From sequence record PV037725.1: a DNA stretch of 64,000 nt; one strand, written 5' to 3'. The position numbers and the translations under genes are program-made. Under the pieces are notes generated by a model. That model searched no databases. It was not told the origin of the DNA and worked only from the letters and a program-made list of their open reading frames with translations. How positions within the stretch are numbered: the first letter of the stretch is position 1; each line of letters begins with the position of its first letter. Positions 36,297-44,865 of this stretch are shown here, piece by piece.

Positions 36297-37784
36297 TTAC
36301 CAAGGAAAGTTAGTGGACGTGATCTTGATCAATGGTCGGATATTGGCTCGACCACTACTGCTGTTAAGAGTAGCACCCTGTGCACCAGGATCTGTACCAC
36401 CACGTGCCCACGTATCATAAGCACCGTTAGCCAAGCGTGTCCACTCGTAACTGGCGTTAGCACCTGCACCAAACCCTAAGGTGGCATTATCCCACAAGGC
36501 CAGTTTAGGAATAGGATTTAGTGTGTAGCTCTTACTAACACGGGCAAACAACTTAGTCCAAGGTTCGGTAGCACCAGTGTTAGTGTTAGCCGGTCCATAC
36601 CAGGTCATGCTGACACCTTGGATCATTTTACCAGTACCAGATGGACTATATGCATAAGACGAATCTAATGGACAGTTAGTCCGCAATGGTTTCTGAGGTA
36701 ATAACCAAGTCTCATTGTCAAAGCGCATTAGTATCCAGTTCATACCTTCATAGGTAGCTGTACCAGCTGTGGATAGCGCGCCCGCAGTAGTGAACTCACT
36801 CGCAGTCATGTATTCTTGGAATGGGATAACGACCAAGGTAGGTTTAGGCTTACCTACATATGGATCATAAACCCAAAATTCGGTACCAGTCAACGAACCG
36901 ATCGTGTAGAACTTCTCTTTGGCTTTAAAGCCATAGGAATACAAATTAGCTTGAGCCGGAATTGTGCCAACGTTGTCGGTGAATGTATTAGTCCTAGGAC
37001 TATACTTCGACATCTTAAGACTATCTGACCGCCCGCCCCAATAGAAGATCTCATCGCCAAACAGCGTAGCTTTCGCACCAGAGCGTACACCGTAATCGGT
37101 AGTGATATCGGCAACCTTGGTTGTCCAAGCGTTAGTAATAGGGTCATAGCACGTTATAGACTTGTTTGTGACTGTACCGTTAGTGTTGACACCATAGGCT
37201 ACAAAAATCTTATCGTCCTGTACGCAAGCCGAACCGTTGAGCACCATGCCCGGCATAGCTGGTAATGTAGTCCAAGTGTTAGCCACTGGGTTATATTTAA
37301 CTGCGTTAGTCGTACCTGCGGTTGGTGCGTCACCATAACCACCACCCATGATGTAGACATCCAAACCAATGTTAACCATCATGGCTTGTGCACAACCTGG
37401 TCTGTTCGCCGCTGCTGGCATAGTACCCGCTGCCCAGGTATTAGATGAGATTGTGTAGATGTAGAAGCGACTGGCGTAACTAGTCCCATCATAACCACCC
37501 CAGACGTACAGTTTACCAGCACCCATAACACATCTATGTAAACGCATTGCTACTGGCATATCTGCCAATTTAGTGAATGTGTTAGTAGACGGGGTAAATT
37601 TATAAAGACTGGCTATTTCTTTGGCTGCGACGTTGTCAAACCCACCTACAAAATAAATATCGTTTTTATAAGTGGATACCGCCTGTTCGGTAATACCGAC
37701 CGGTGCGTCCGTTGCACTCAATTTTGTCCACACTGTAACTGGAGGAGTCGAAATCCCCGAAGTGGCTAATAATAGATCAATCAT
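36297..37784 (-). CDS. Kelch beta-propeller fused to a phiKZ-family virion domain
   Basis: Six Kelch repeats (IYFVGG, LYVWGG, VYIMGG, IFYWGG; YNPVANTW); C-terminal WILMRFDNETWLLPQKPLR...RG...IRPLIKI; N-terminus MIDLLL. Confidence 0.8.
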   Translation of the reverse strand: MIDLLLATSGISTPPVTVWTKLSATDAPVGITEQAVSTYKNDIYFVGGFDNVAAKEIASLYKFTPSTNTFTKLADMPVAMRLHRCVMGAGKLYVWGGYDGTSYASRFYIYTISSNTWAAGTMPAAANRPGCAQAMMVNIGLDVYIMGGGYGDAPTAGTTNAVKYNPVANTWTTLPAMPGMVLNGSACVQDDKIFVAYGVNTNGTVTNKSITCYDPITNAWTTKVADITTDYGVRSGAKATLFGDEIFYWGGRSDSLKMSKYSPRTNTFTDNVGTIPAQANLYSYGFKAKEKFYTIGSLTGTEFWVYDPYVGKPKPTLVVIPFQEYMTASEFTTAGALSTAGTATYEGMNWILMRFDNETWLLPQKPLRTNCPLDSSYAYSPSGTGKMIQGVSMTWYGPANTNTGATEPWTKLFARVSKSYTLNPIPKLALWDNATLGFGAGANASYEWTRLANGAYDTWARGGTDPGAQGATLNSSSGRANIRPLIKITSTNFPW

Positions 37785-37820
37785 TTTTGAAGCCTCTGTT
37801 AAATTTCATACGATTGACGA

Positions 37821-37852
37821 CATAACGCCCCTCCTTGCGGAAGGGCAATATA
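37821..37852. terminator. CATA-hairpin variant
   Basis: CATA ac GCCCCTCC TTGC GGAAGGGC aa TATA. Confidence 0.7.
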
Positions 37853-37853
37853 T

Positions 37854-38246
37854 TCAAGAACTGACTTCGTTATAGTAGTCACGTTTGATAGTGTCGAAAT
37901 AAGGGTCACTCACGTTGAGTTCAAGATCATAGAACAATGTTGCATACCCACTTACATCTAACTGCATGTGACTCCAGTCAGGGTGAGACATTGGTTTCTG
38001 ATTAACCTCAATTAGAATACTGTGCATTAGATACAATCGTTCTTTTGCAAGATTGAATGCACTATAAGTAGTACAGTCCGTAGGTCCCCACTGCTCGTTC
38101 TCAGCCACGAAAGAAGTAACTGCGGTCATTACACTGATTACGTTCTGTTCGGCCGCGTAGACGCATATAGAGTCACCCTGACGGTATTTGACTCGATGTT
38201 GTAACGTACCTACGATCTTTTCAATGAAATGGTCTACATAAGCCAT
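37854..38246 (-). CDS. Hypothetical protein
   Basis: 130 aa; TAATG coupling. Confidence 0.65.
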   Translation of the reverse strand: MAYVDHFIEKIVGTLQHRVKYRQGDSICVYAAEQNVISVMTAVTSFVAENEQWGPTDCTTYSAFNLAKERLYLMHSILIEVNQKPMSHPDWSHMQLDVSGYATLFYDLELNVSDPYFDTIKRDYYNEVSS

Positions 38247-38572
38247 TAGGTGTTCTCCGTGTAATCAAAGATAATTGCGGTCAATCCACCAACAGTCAGT
38301 GTAAGGTGGTTACGTTGATCATCGAAGGGTTCAGGTTTTTGCCAAACGTCGAAACGAATGTTGTAGTGCTTCTCAATAAAAGCTTTGAGACTCTTAAGAT
38401 CCGTAGCCTGAAGGAAGAATACTAGGTTAGCCTGCTCCAGTAGTTTGTCGATAACTGGAATAAGGTTTTGTCGTGCTACATAAACACCAATGAACGCATT
38501 TTGTTTGATGTTGATAGCCAAACGGATTTGTGTAATGATGTCGTGTACCAGGTGGTCAATGTTTGCGGTCAT
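38246..38572 (-). CDS. Hypothetical protein
   Basis: ATG at 38572 (MTANID...) after SD AGGGA; the longer track start crosses a terminator. Confidence 0.6.
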   Translation of the reverse strand: MTANIDHLVHDIITQIRLAINIKQNAFIGVYVARQNLIPVIDKLLEQANLVFFLQATDLKSLKAFIEKHYNIRFDVWQKPEPFDDQRNHLTLTVGGLTAIIFDYTENT

Positions 38573-38585
38573 GTCTGAGTTCCCT

Positions 38586-38630
38586 AATAAATGCCTCTCC
38601 TTCGGGAGAGGCAATATGTCGTTTTCTTTT
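38586..38630. terminator. GCCTCTCC-UUCG hairpin terminator after the helicase gene
   Basis: AATA aat GCCTCTCC TTCG GGAGAGGC aa TATG tcg TTTTCTTTTTT. Confidence 0.8.
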
Positions 38631-40166
38631 TTATCGGTCCCAGGCATCATCGCCGTCTTCGGCAAGATTATTACCCGGTAGCGATTTAAGGCAGTAGTCT
38701 TCGTCCTTATCGATGTCCCATGGCATAGTACCTACAGGGTTCATAGGAATGATTACCCGTTGGTCTTCCACTGGCGTAAGCACGTTACGGTGTTTACCAC
38801 GTTGCAGTTCAAAGTACGCTTTACCTTTATGACGAACGATCTGGTGGAAGATCTCAAGATCAGGTTCTTGGCCCAGTCGACGGCAACCATCGTAGAAACC
38901 ACGGTTAGCAACAACCCTCAAGAAGTCTTCAGTGTTTTCCCGCATGATCTGCAAAGCATCTGACGACATCTGATGCGGAGATAGGAATGTGATACCACGT
39001 GGCGAAGTGTAGTTACGCATCCGACGGAATAACAGACGAATATCATCACCAGCTACTTTAGCATCCAGCCCAGTCTTAGGAAGCATGTTAAGGTAATCGA
39101 CACAAAGAAATTGTAATTCAAAACCCTGAGCTTGTAAGCCATCAAGATAGTTGACGAAACCAGCTACTGTAAATTCAGTAGGGTCGAATCGAATCATCTT
39201 AGCTTTGAACCCGTTCTCTTCAAGTCGGGAACATACATAGGCCGCAGCCTCGTGTTTGTTTACATGATTCCTAACTACGGGTTCACCGGTTTCGTTTTCC
39301 TTAAGGTAGCAATACATGTGCATCAAGTTGTCTGAGATTTCGTTCTCAAGTGTTACGAACAAAACCAGAGGCTTCTTAGTGGAGTCACGCATGAATGGTT
39401 TGTTGAAGATACAAATATGCAAGAACACGAACATAGCAAAGTAAGACTTACCTTGGTGTTGTAGTGCGGAAGTAATGATGAACTCACCACGGCGCAATGC
39501 ACCCAATGGACCGAGCAAACGGTTAACACCTTTCCACCCCAAACGGAATGCACCATCTGGTGACAACGTGTCTTGAGCTTTCTGGAAGATGTCCTCTACG
39601 GCATCAGGGTCGTCAAAGTCAATACTACCCATCTCAGCAGGGTGTTTGGATTCAGCACGTGCTTTTACATAGGGTTCGAGCTTGGCACCCATCTCACTGA
39701 CCATACTAACAATGTCCAAGTTACCTCGGTCTTGGAAGATCAGCTTTTGGGAATATTCTTTTACAACAGTCTTAATAGTTACATCGTTGAGATAGACGTT
39801 TAAGGTACCACGGCGACTATTAATAGAGCGCATGATAGCCATGCCATCAGGAAAGTTCTCCAGTACACCCTGTTCAACAGAATCGTATAGATAAACTTCA
39901 TCACGGCAACTAACCCGAACCAGTTGCAATACTTCTTGCAGACCAGGAAAAGCATTCTTTGGTTTCTGGTTGAGTTCATTAACCAGATTACGTAGCTCTA
40001 GGAATGTCTGTCGACCTTGGTCATGGTCAGCTGTCGTTTCTTTGACGTCTAGAGATGTTACAACCTTCTCGATCAATTCAGTTGATGGAGATGCAGGAGA
40101 ATCTTCACGATGTTCCAGGCATAACAATGTTACACACTGAACTAGAAGCTGTTTAGGAGAAGCCAT
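38631..40166 (-). CDS. dnaB: DnaB-like replicative helicase (phiKZ gp118-like)
   Basis: Walker A variant SALQHQGKS, FVTLEN, Walker B VDYLNML, LSPHQMS, GKHR arginine finger; adjacent to the capsid gene as in phiKZ. Confidence 0.85.
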   Translation of the reverse strand: MASPKQLLVQCVTLLCLEHREDSPASPSTELIEKVVTSLDVKETTADHDQGRQTFLELRNLVNELNQKPKNAFPGLQEVLQLVRVSCRDEVYLYDSVEQGVLENFPDGMAIMRSINSRRGTLNVYLNDVTIKTVVKEYSQKLIFQDRGNLDIVSMVSEMGAKLEPYVKARAESKHPAEMGSIDFDDPDAVEDIFQKAQDTLSPDGAFRLGWKGVNRLLGPLGALRRGEFIITSALQHQGKSYFAMFVFLHICIFNKPFMRDSTKKPLVLFVTLENEISDNLMHMYCYLKENETGEPVVRNHVNKHEAAAYVCSRLEENGFKAKMIRFDPTEFTVAGFVNYLDGLQAQGFELQFLCVDYLNMLPKTGLDAKVAGDDIRLLFRRMRNYTSPRGITFLSPHQMSSDALQIMRENTEDFLRVVANRGFYDGCRRLGQEPDLEIFHQIVRHKGKAYFELQRGKHRNVLTPVEDQRVIIPMNPVGTMPWDIDKDEDYCLKSLPGNNLAEDGDDAWDR

Positions 40167-40294
40167 GTCAAATCCTTGTAAAAATAGTGGAGTGCATCGT
40201 GTATCATTTATCTTACTAGTATTAGTTTGTAGCCTCTTTACAGCACTATGAATATGTAGAACTTTAACCCCTCTGAACCAATAGGTTTCGTGAT

Positions 40295-40837
40295 ATGGTC
40301 CAACTGCTAGTATTACCTGAAGCTGTTTACGAACAGTACAAAGTAGATGGTGTCCAATTTAACCGATTGTTAGACACTAACTATATAGCTTGTGCAGATG
40401 TAAGTTCGGTCAATGATCTCGCTCAGATCGACCTTGCATTGAATCAATTTCCTTTCGTGTTCTGCCCAGGTACTGGAGTAGTCTTGGCCCACAGTCCACG
40501 AGTTGGCATTGCAATTGCATCCACTTCTGATCATGAAGAAAAGTTTAGGATGCAAGATTTGCATAATGCTTTAGAGGAACGCGTTGAAACGCTTTCGCTT
40601 CGTCTCGCTAGCCAACCACAGTTAGTAAGCGAATATTCCCTTTATCCTGTAGATGAGAATCTTTGGGTTGCGGTGCAGAAGAGTCTGCCTATCACCAATA
40701 GCGATCCTGAACGGTTATCTATTATTAGTAACCGCCCTTTCTTTGATAGTATGATTAATGAGTTGCTGAGAACCTGCAAGATCAGTCAGGTAGCATCAAC
40801 GAATCTCTTCAACTATTATCTTATGTCTAAGGTCTAG
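40295..40837 (+). CDS. Conserved head-associated protein (phiKZ gp119-like)
   Basis: 180 aa between the helicase and capsid genes; synteny. Confidence 0.55.
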   Translation: MVQLLVLPEAVYEQYKVDGVQFNRLLDTNYIACADVSSVNDLAQIDLALNQFPFVFCPGTGVVLAHSPRVGIAIASTSDHEEKFRMQDLHNALEERVETLSLRLASQPQLVSEYSLYPVDENLWVAVQKSLPITNSDPERLSIISNRPFFDSMINELLRTCKISQVASTNLFNYYLMSKV

Positions 40838-40913
40838 TTCCGGTGAAAAATAGATCTTTCACATTTAGATACTTGTTTAAAACCAATACCCATCCTGCGT
40901 AGGAAATACATTA

Positions 40914-43154
40914 ATGAAACATCTCAAATCTCTGAAGTCTGTACTCAAAGCTACCGCCGCTGATCATCAAACTTTCTCCATGGAAGGTTTCGTGTCTGGC
41001 ATGAAGAAAGAAGACACTCTGGCAGATGGTCTGTTCTCGGTTGCTGAACGCGCCGAAAGCCTGATCGAATCGATCGGTACCGAATCGTTCGGTGCCAAGC
41101 ATGACGACGCGCAAATTGCTGTTGGTCTGTACAAGCAAATCTCGAAAATCGCACGTGACTACGGTTTCGAATCGTACCTGTCCGCTGACGCACGCGTTGC
41201 CGAGAACCAACTGACCGCTGCTGTACTGGGTGCCCTGGCTGCAACCAACACCACCAAGTACATCAAAGCCCTCCGTGGTGTATCGAAAATCGTTCCTTCG
41301 AACGAAGACATCAAAACCATTACCCAGAGCTATAATGGCCCTGCTGGTGGTCTGGACGTATTCACTGGTGACGAAACCAAAGCAGTAGCTCTGGAAAACT
41401 ACAACGAGAAATCTCAGCGCGACTTCCGCGTTGTAACCGTTGGTTATAACCTGGCTGCTAGCCGTCAGGACGAGTTCGCTGAACGTATCTACCCAACCAC
41501 CGTTATCAACCCTATCGAGGGTGGTGTGGTTCAGGTATTGCCTTACATCGCTGTAATGAAAGACGTTCATCACCAAGTTAACGGCGCTCGTTGGAAGAAC
41601 GACGAAGTGAACATGGTAGAAGCATACCGTGATCCGTCGATCCTTGACGACAACGCTACTGACCTGATCCCAGCTATCGATCCAGCTGGTACCAACGCAC
41701 AGTACTTCGCTGACCCAGCTCTGATTCCTCCAGAAGTTGTAGTTAACGAACAAAACCTGTCCATCGAAACCGCTCCTCTGAAGCCTGGTATTCGTCTGGA
41801 CCTGATGGGTAACTCCAACGCCAACCAGCTGATCGCTGCTAACATGCTGGACGTATCGGACACCATCGACCCTGCTGGTCGCCTGAAAGCTCTGTACATC
41901 AAGTTCCAAGGTAAAGTTATCAAGTTCAAAGTAGACCGCATGCCACGTGCTGTGTTCCAACCTGACCTGATCGGCGATACCCGCGGTGCCAAAGTTGACT
42001 TCTGGACCGATGACCTGACTGTATCTGCTGTAACCCGTACTATCGATGGCGTTCAAACTGCCGCGATGACTGAGCTGGAAGCTCGTGGTTGGGTACTGCG
42101 TCTGAGCGTAGACTTCACTGGTAACGTTTCCACTTCTCGTGGTGACAGCCGCTTCACTAACGGTGATGCTTCGATCTCTAAGATCCTGAACGCTGACCGT
42201 CGTGAAATCGACACCACTGCTGGTGACGGTAAAGTCCTGGTAGATACCATCACTGATCTGGAAATTGTTGGTTTCGAACTTCAAGTTCGCTTCACTAACA
42301 CTAACCGTCGTCAGCGTGGTCACCTGCTGCAAACTCGTGCTCTGCAATTCCGTCACCCAATCCCAATGCACGCTCCAGTGACTCTGCCACTGAGCACCAT
42401 GGAAGATGAAGGTCCAGGCGAAGTTGTTAAAGCTCTGACTGTTAACACCAACATCCGTAACAGCAACAACGCTGTTAAGACTCTGTTGAACTACCTGGCT
42501 CAACTGCGTGAGCTGACCGGTAACGGCTTCAACCGTCCAGTCATCAACGTGTACGAAGGTGCTCTGGCCGCTGTAATGCGTCCGACCTACCACTACGACA
42601 CCATGCACCTGCCAGACATGATCGACACCCTGAAGTCGAAAGACCGTTGGGACGACGTTTGCTCGGCCATCCTGAACAAAGTTAAAGGTATCCTGTTCCC
42701 AGCATACCGTAACTCGAACATCGAAGCTGCCTTCCGAGTAATCTCGGGTAACCAAGACGAGCGTCCGATCTTCCTGTTCTGCACCGACAAAGAAATCGCC
42801 AACTACCTGATGACCAAAGGCGACGACCGCACCCTGGGTGCTTACCTGGAATACGACATCGTATCCACTAACAACGAACTGTTCGACGGTAAGTTGGTAG
42901 TAGTACCTACTCGTAAAACTCCAGTTGAGAACGACATCCTGAGCTTCGGTCAGTTCTTCTACGTTTCGACCATCATCGCTGACCTGCCTATCACTCGTGG
43001 TGGCAACCAGGTTACTCGCGAGATCGCTGCGATTCCATTCAACCTGCACATCAACAACGTTCCGTTCGCTATCGAATTCGACGTTACTGGTTTCGAACAG
43101 GTAATGGGTCACTCGATGTGGAACAAACCAGTGGTTGACGCCCTGGCTGCCTGA
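40914..43154 (+). CDS. Major capsid protein (phiKZ gp120-like)
   Basis: 746 aa; strongest codon bias in the window; propeptide with SME, GTE, GFE and ALENY motifs; RQDEFAERIYPT and C-terminal PFNLHINNVPF typical of phiKZ-like capsid proteins. Confidence 0.9.
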   Translation: MKHLKSLKSVLKATAADHQTFSMEGFVSGMKKEDTLADGLFSVAERAESLIESIGTESFGAKHDDAQIAVGLYKQISKIARDYGFESYLSADARVAENQLTAAVLGALAATNTTKYIKALRGVSKIVPSNEDIKTITQSYNGPAGGLDVFTGDETKAVALENYNEKSQRDFRVVTVGYNLAASRQDEFAERIYPTTVINPIEGGVVQVLPYIAVMKDVHHQVNGARWKNDEVNMVEAYRDPSILDDNATDLIPAIDPAGTNAQYFADPALIPPEVVVNEQNLSIETAPLKPGIRLDLMGNSNANQLIAANMLDVSDTIDPAGRLKALYIKFQGKVIKFKVDRMPRAVFQPDLIGDTRGAKVDFWTDDLTVSAVTRTIDGVQTAAMTELEARGWVLRLSVDFTGNVSTSRGDSRFTNGDASISKILNADRREIDTTAGDGKVLVDTITDLEIVGFELQVRFTNTNRRQRGHLLQTRALQFRHPIPMHAPVTLPLSTMEDEGPGEVVKALTVNTNIRNSNNAVKTLLNYLAQLRELTGNGFNRPVINVYEGALAAVMRPTYHYDTMHLPDMIDTLKSKDRWDDVCSAILNKVKGILFPAYRNSNIEAAFRVISGNQDERPIFLFCTDKEIANYLMTKGDDRTLGAYLEYDIVSTNNELFDGKLVVVPTRKTPVENDILSFGQFFYVSTIIADLPITRGGNQVTREIAAIPFNLHINNVPFAIEFDVTGFEQVMGHSMWNKPVVDALAA

Positions 43155-43241
43155 GATGGAAAGGGTAACTACCGTTACTTTGAAGATGGTACACGCATCC
43201 GATACGAAGAGGACGGCGTTGCCCGCCGACTAGAGCGGTAA
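43155..43241 (+). CDS. Putative UGA read-through extension of the major capsid protein (28 aa)
   Basis: In frame after the TGA: DGKGNYRYFEDGTRIRYEEDGVARRLER then TAA; terminator lies only after the second stop. Confidence 0.6.
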   Translation, partial: DGKGNYRYFEDGTRIRYEEDGVARRLER

Positions 43242-43249
43242 CACTAGAA

Positions 43250-43281
43250 CATACTGCCAGTCCTTCGGGACTGGCTTTATG
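43250..43281. terminator. CATA-hairpin-TATG element
   Basis: CATA ct GCCAGTCC TTCG GGACTGGC tt TATG. Confidence 0.85.
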
Positions 43282-43365
43282 TTGTCTTTTACCTTAATAC
43301 AAATTATTTCAAATTTATATCATGATTGTGTAATTAATATCAATCCTTAACCAAAGGACCCGATC

Positions 43366-43872
43366 ATGAGCTTCTTAGCGAAATATTGGAATGCTGTTGA
43401 ACGAGCTGTATCTGAAACCGGAATGAACCCAGGTGACATTATCGTTAACATCGCAGAGGTGATTAAAAATACTGAAGTGCATGATGATGTAGACTTCCAC
43501 GTGAGTAATATCCCTGATCCTAAACAAACCACTACACCGGCTAACGCTGGTTCTATGCCCCATCGTAAACCTGACATCGGTGCTATGGAAGAAGCTGCTC
43601 GGAGGGCGGCTAGACCAGGCGAAGAATTCGACCAGTTGGAAGAAAGACTCACCTGGCCAAAAGCCAAAGTACGATCCGTACGAGACACAATGGCAAAGAC
43701 AGACACCGAACGGCCCAAAGCTAGAGGTAAGACGTCCAAAGCGATTCGTAAGGCCGAGCGCAAGAAACTGAAGAAGCTGGGTGGTGGTAGAAAAGTGAGG
43801 TTGGTTATTGACGAGGTACGTATAAATGACAGAGCAGTATGGCCTAAGCCCTCGGCAGACCATAGACCATAA
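43366..43872 (+). CDS. Hypothetical protein with Lys/Arg-rich C-terminus
   Basis: SD AAAGGA; KARGKTSKAIRKAERKKLKK; AT-rich promoter region upstream. Confidence 0.65.
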   Translation: MSFLAKYWNAVERAVSETGMNPGDIIVNIAEVIKNTEVHDDVDFHVSNIPDPKQTTTPANAGSMPHRKPDIGAMEEAARRAARPGEEFDQLEERLTWPKAKVRSVRDTMAKTDTERPKARGKTSKAIRKAERKKLKKLGGGRKVRLVIDEVRINDRAVWPKPSADHRP

Positions 43873-44860
43873 GTACACTACACAAGAGGGCGCTACGCTA
43901 CCGATACACAACTCGTACTTTATCAAGCCGAACGAGTTCAAGTCCGAAATGCATTTCATTAATAGCAGTGGATTTGACTTGTTGGTATTGACAGCCGACG
44001 GTATGCGATTGTGTAGTGATGCAACTGGCCAGCGAGAGGATGGCAATTGTTACTTTGTTGTAAAGTATACCTTAGGTGGTGATGTTGAACTCAACGTTAG
44101 TAATAGCGTAGAGGACGACCCAGCGTTACGGAAGCAGCTTCAAAGCATCGAAGCCATCGTGGACAGTTATCGGTATACCAATGGACCTCATCAACGCAAT
44201 CGTGCAGAAGCGATTGTAGAGTTTCATTATCGAATCGAATGTACCGACATTGCTCACTTCACTCACGGTGTTTGGATTCCAACCGTTGGTGTACATCTGT
44301 ATCGCTCCACCAAACGTAATGGGCGGTGTAGCCATTTGGGTCGAAGTAGATTCGCTGAAGTGTTACTGTTTAACGACAACTTTGAAAACCAAGAGGAGGT
44401 ATCCCAGGCGGCGGGATGTGGAGTCGTCTACTACGTTAGTGATGAACACAACGTAGATCCCATAGTTGTCTGTAACCGCCACTTCAGCGGCGTACTTTAT
44501 CCTGAATACGAACCCGATGAACCATCTGGTGTACACATCTACAACGTAGGTCAGCGTACAGATGTAAGTAACAAGCGACTTACCAACATTGTTTTTATTC
44601 CCGTAGCTGAGTTTAAAGCTAATGGAATCTTTCATAATGTCAGAGCACTTGAGGAAGCCGTCGAGGTGTTCGCTCGTAAGTTGAAAGCACCTAAGGACGC
44701 AGTAGAGTATAACGAGGTATTGCAGAACTTGAGATGTACCTTCCCAGAGTTCTATAAGTACTTTCCGGTTGAGAAGAAACCATTTGACGTCAAAGAGTTT
44801 ATGGGTAATATCTTTGATGGCATGGCAATGGCTAAAAAGATACAGTCGACATTTGGGTAG
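43826..44860 (+). CDS. Conserved hypothetical protein (phiKZ gp122-like position)
   Basis: 344 aa, directly upstream of the RNA polymerase subunit. Confidence 0.6.
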   Translation: MTEQYGLSPRQTIDHKYTTQEGATLPIHNSYFIKPNEFKSEMHFINSSGFDLLVLTADGMRLCSDATGQREDGNCYFVVKYTLGGDVELNVSNSVEDDPALRKQLQSIEAIVDSYRYTNGPHQRNRAEAIVEFHYRIECTDIAHFTHGVWIPTVGVHLYRSTKRNGRCSHLGRSRFAEVLLFNDNFENQEEVSQAAGCGVVYYVSDEHNVDPIVVCNRHFSGVLYPEYEPDEPSGVHIYNVGQRTDVSNKRLTNIVFIPVAEFKANGIFHNVRALEEAVEVFARKLKAPKDAVEYNEVLQNLRCTFPEFYKYFPVEKKPFDVKEFMGNIFDGMAMAKKIQSTFG

Positions 44861-44865
44861 TAAGA

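Noticed and set aside
38573-38665. N-terminal extension of the 38246 ORF as given by the track (similarly 61479, 51618, 29996, 24838, 14166, 17075)
   Set aside because: These extensions cross terminators or upstream genes; downstream ATGs with SD motifs were used instead.
40911-43112. 733-aa antisense ORF opposite the major capsid gene (also the minus-strand ORFs at 40951 and 41570)
   Set aside because: Expected shadow of a strongly codon-biased gene; V/Q/S/F-rich with no motifs and no SD or promoter.
43152-43185. Selenocysteine insertion (SECIS) at the capsid UGA
   Set aside because: The hairpin loop is UACC and lacks the apical G-U of bacterial SECIS elements, and the spacing differs; ordinary Trp read-through is more plausible.
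43156-43233. Alternative 25-aa ORF from ATG 43156 (MERVTTVTLKMVHASDTKRTALPAD) as the explanation for the post-capsid gap
   Set aside because: No SD and no recognisable pattern; the in-frame read-through peptide has clear internal periodicity. It is not fully excluded, since coupling via TGAGATG is possible.
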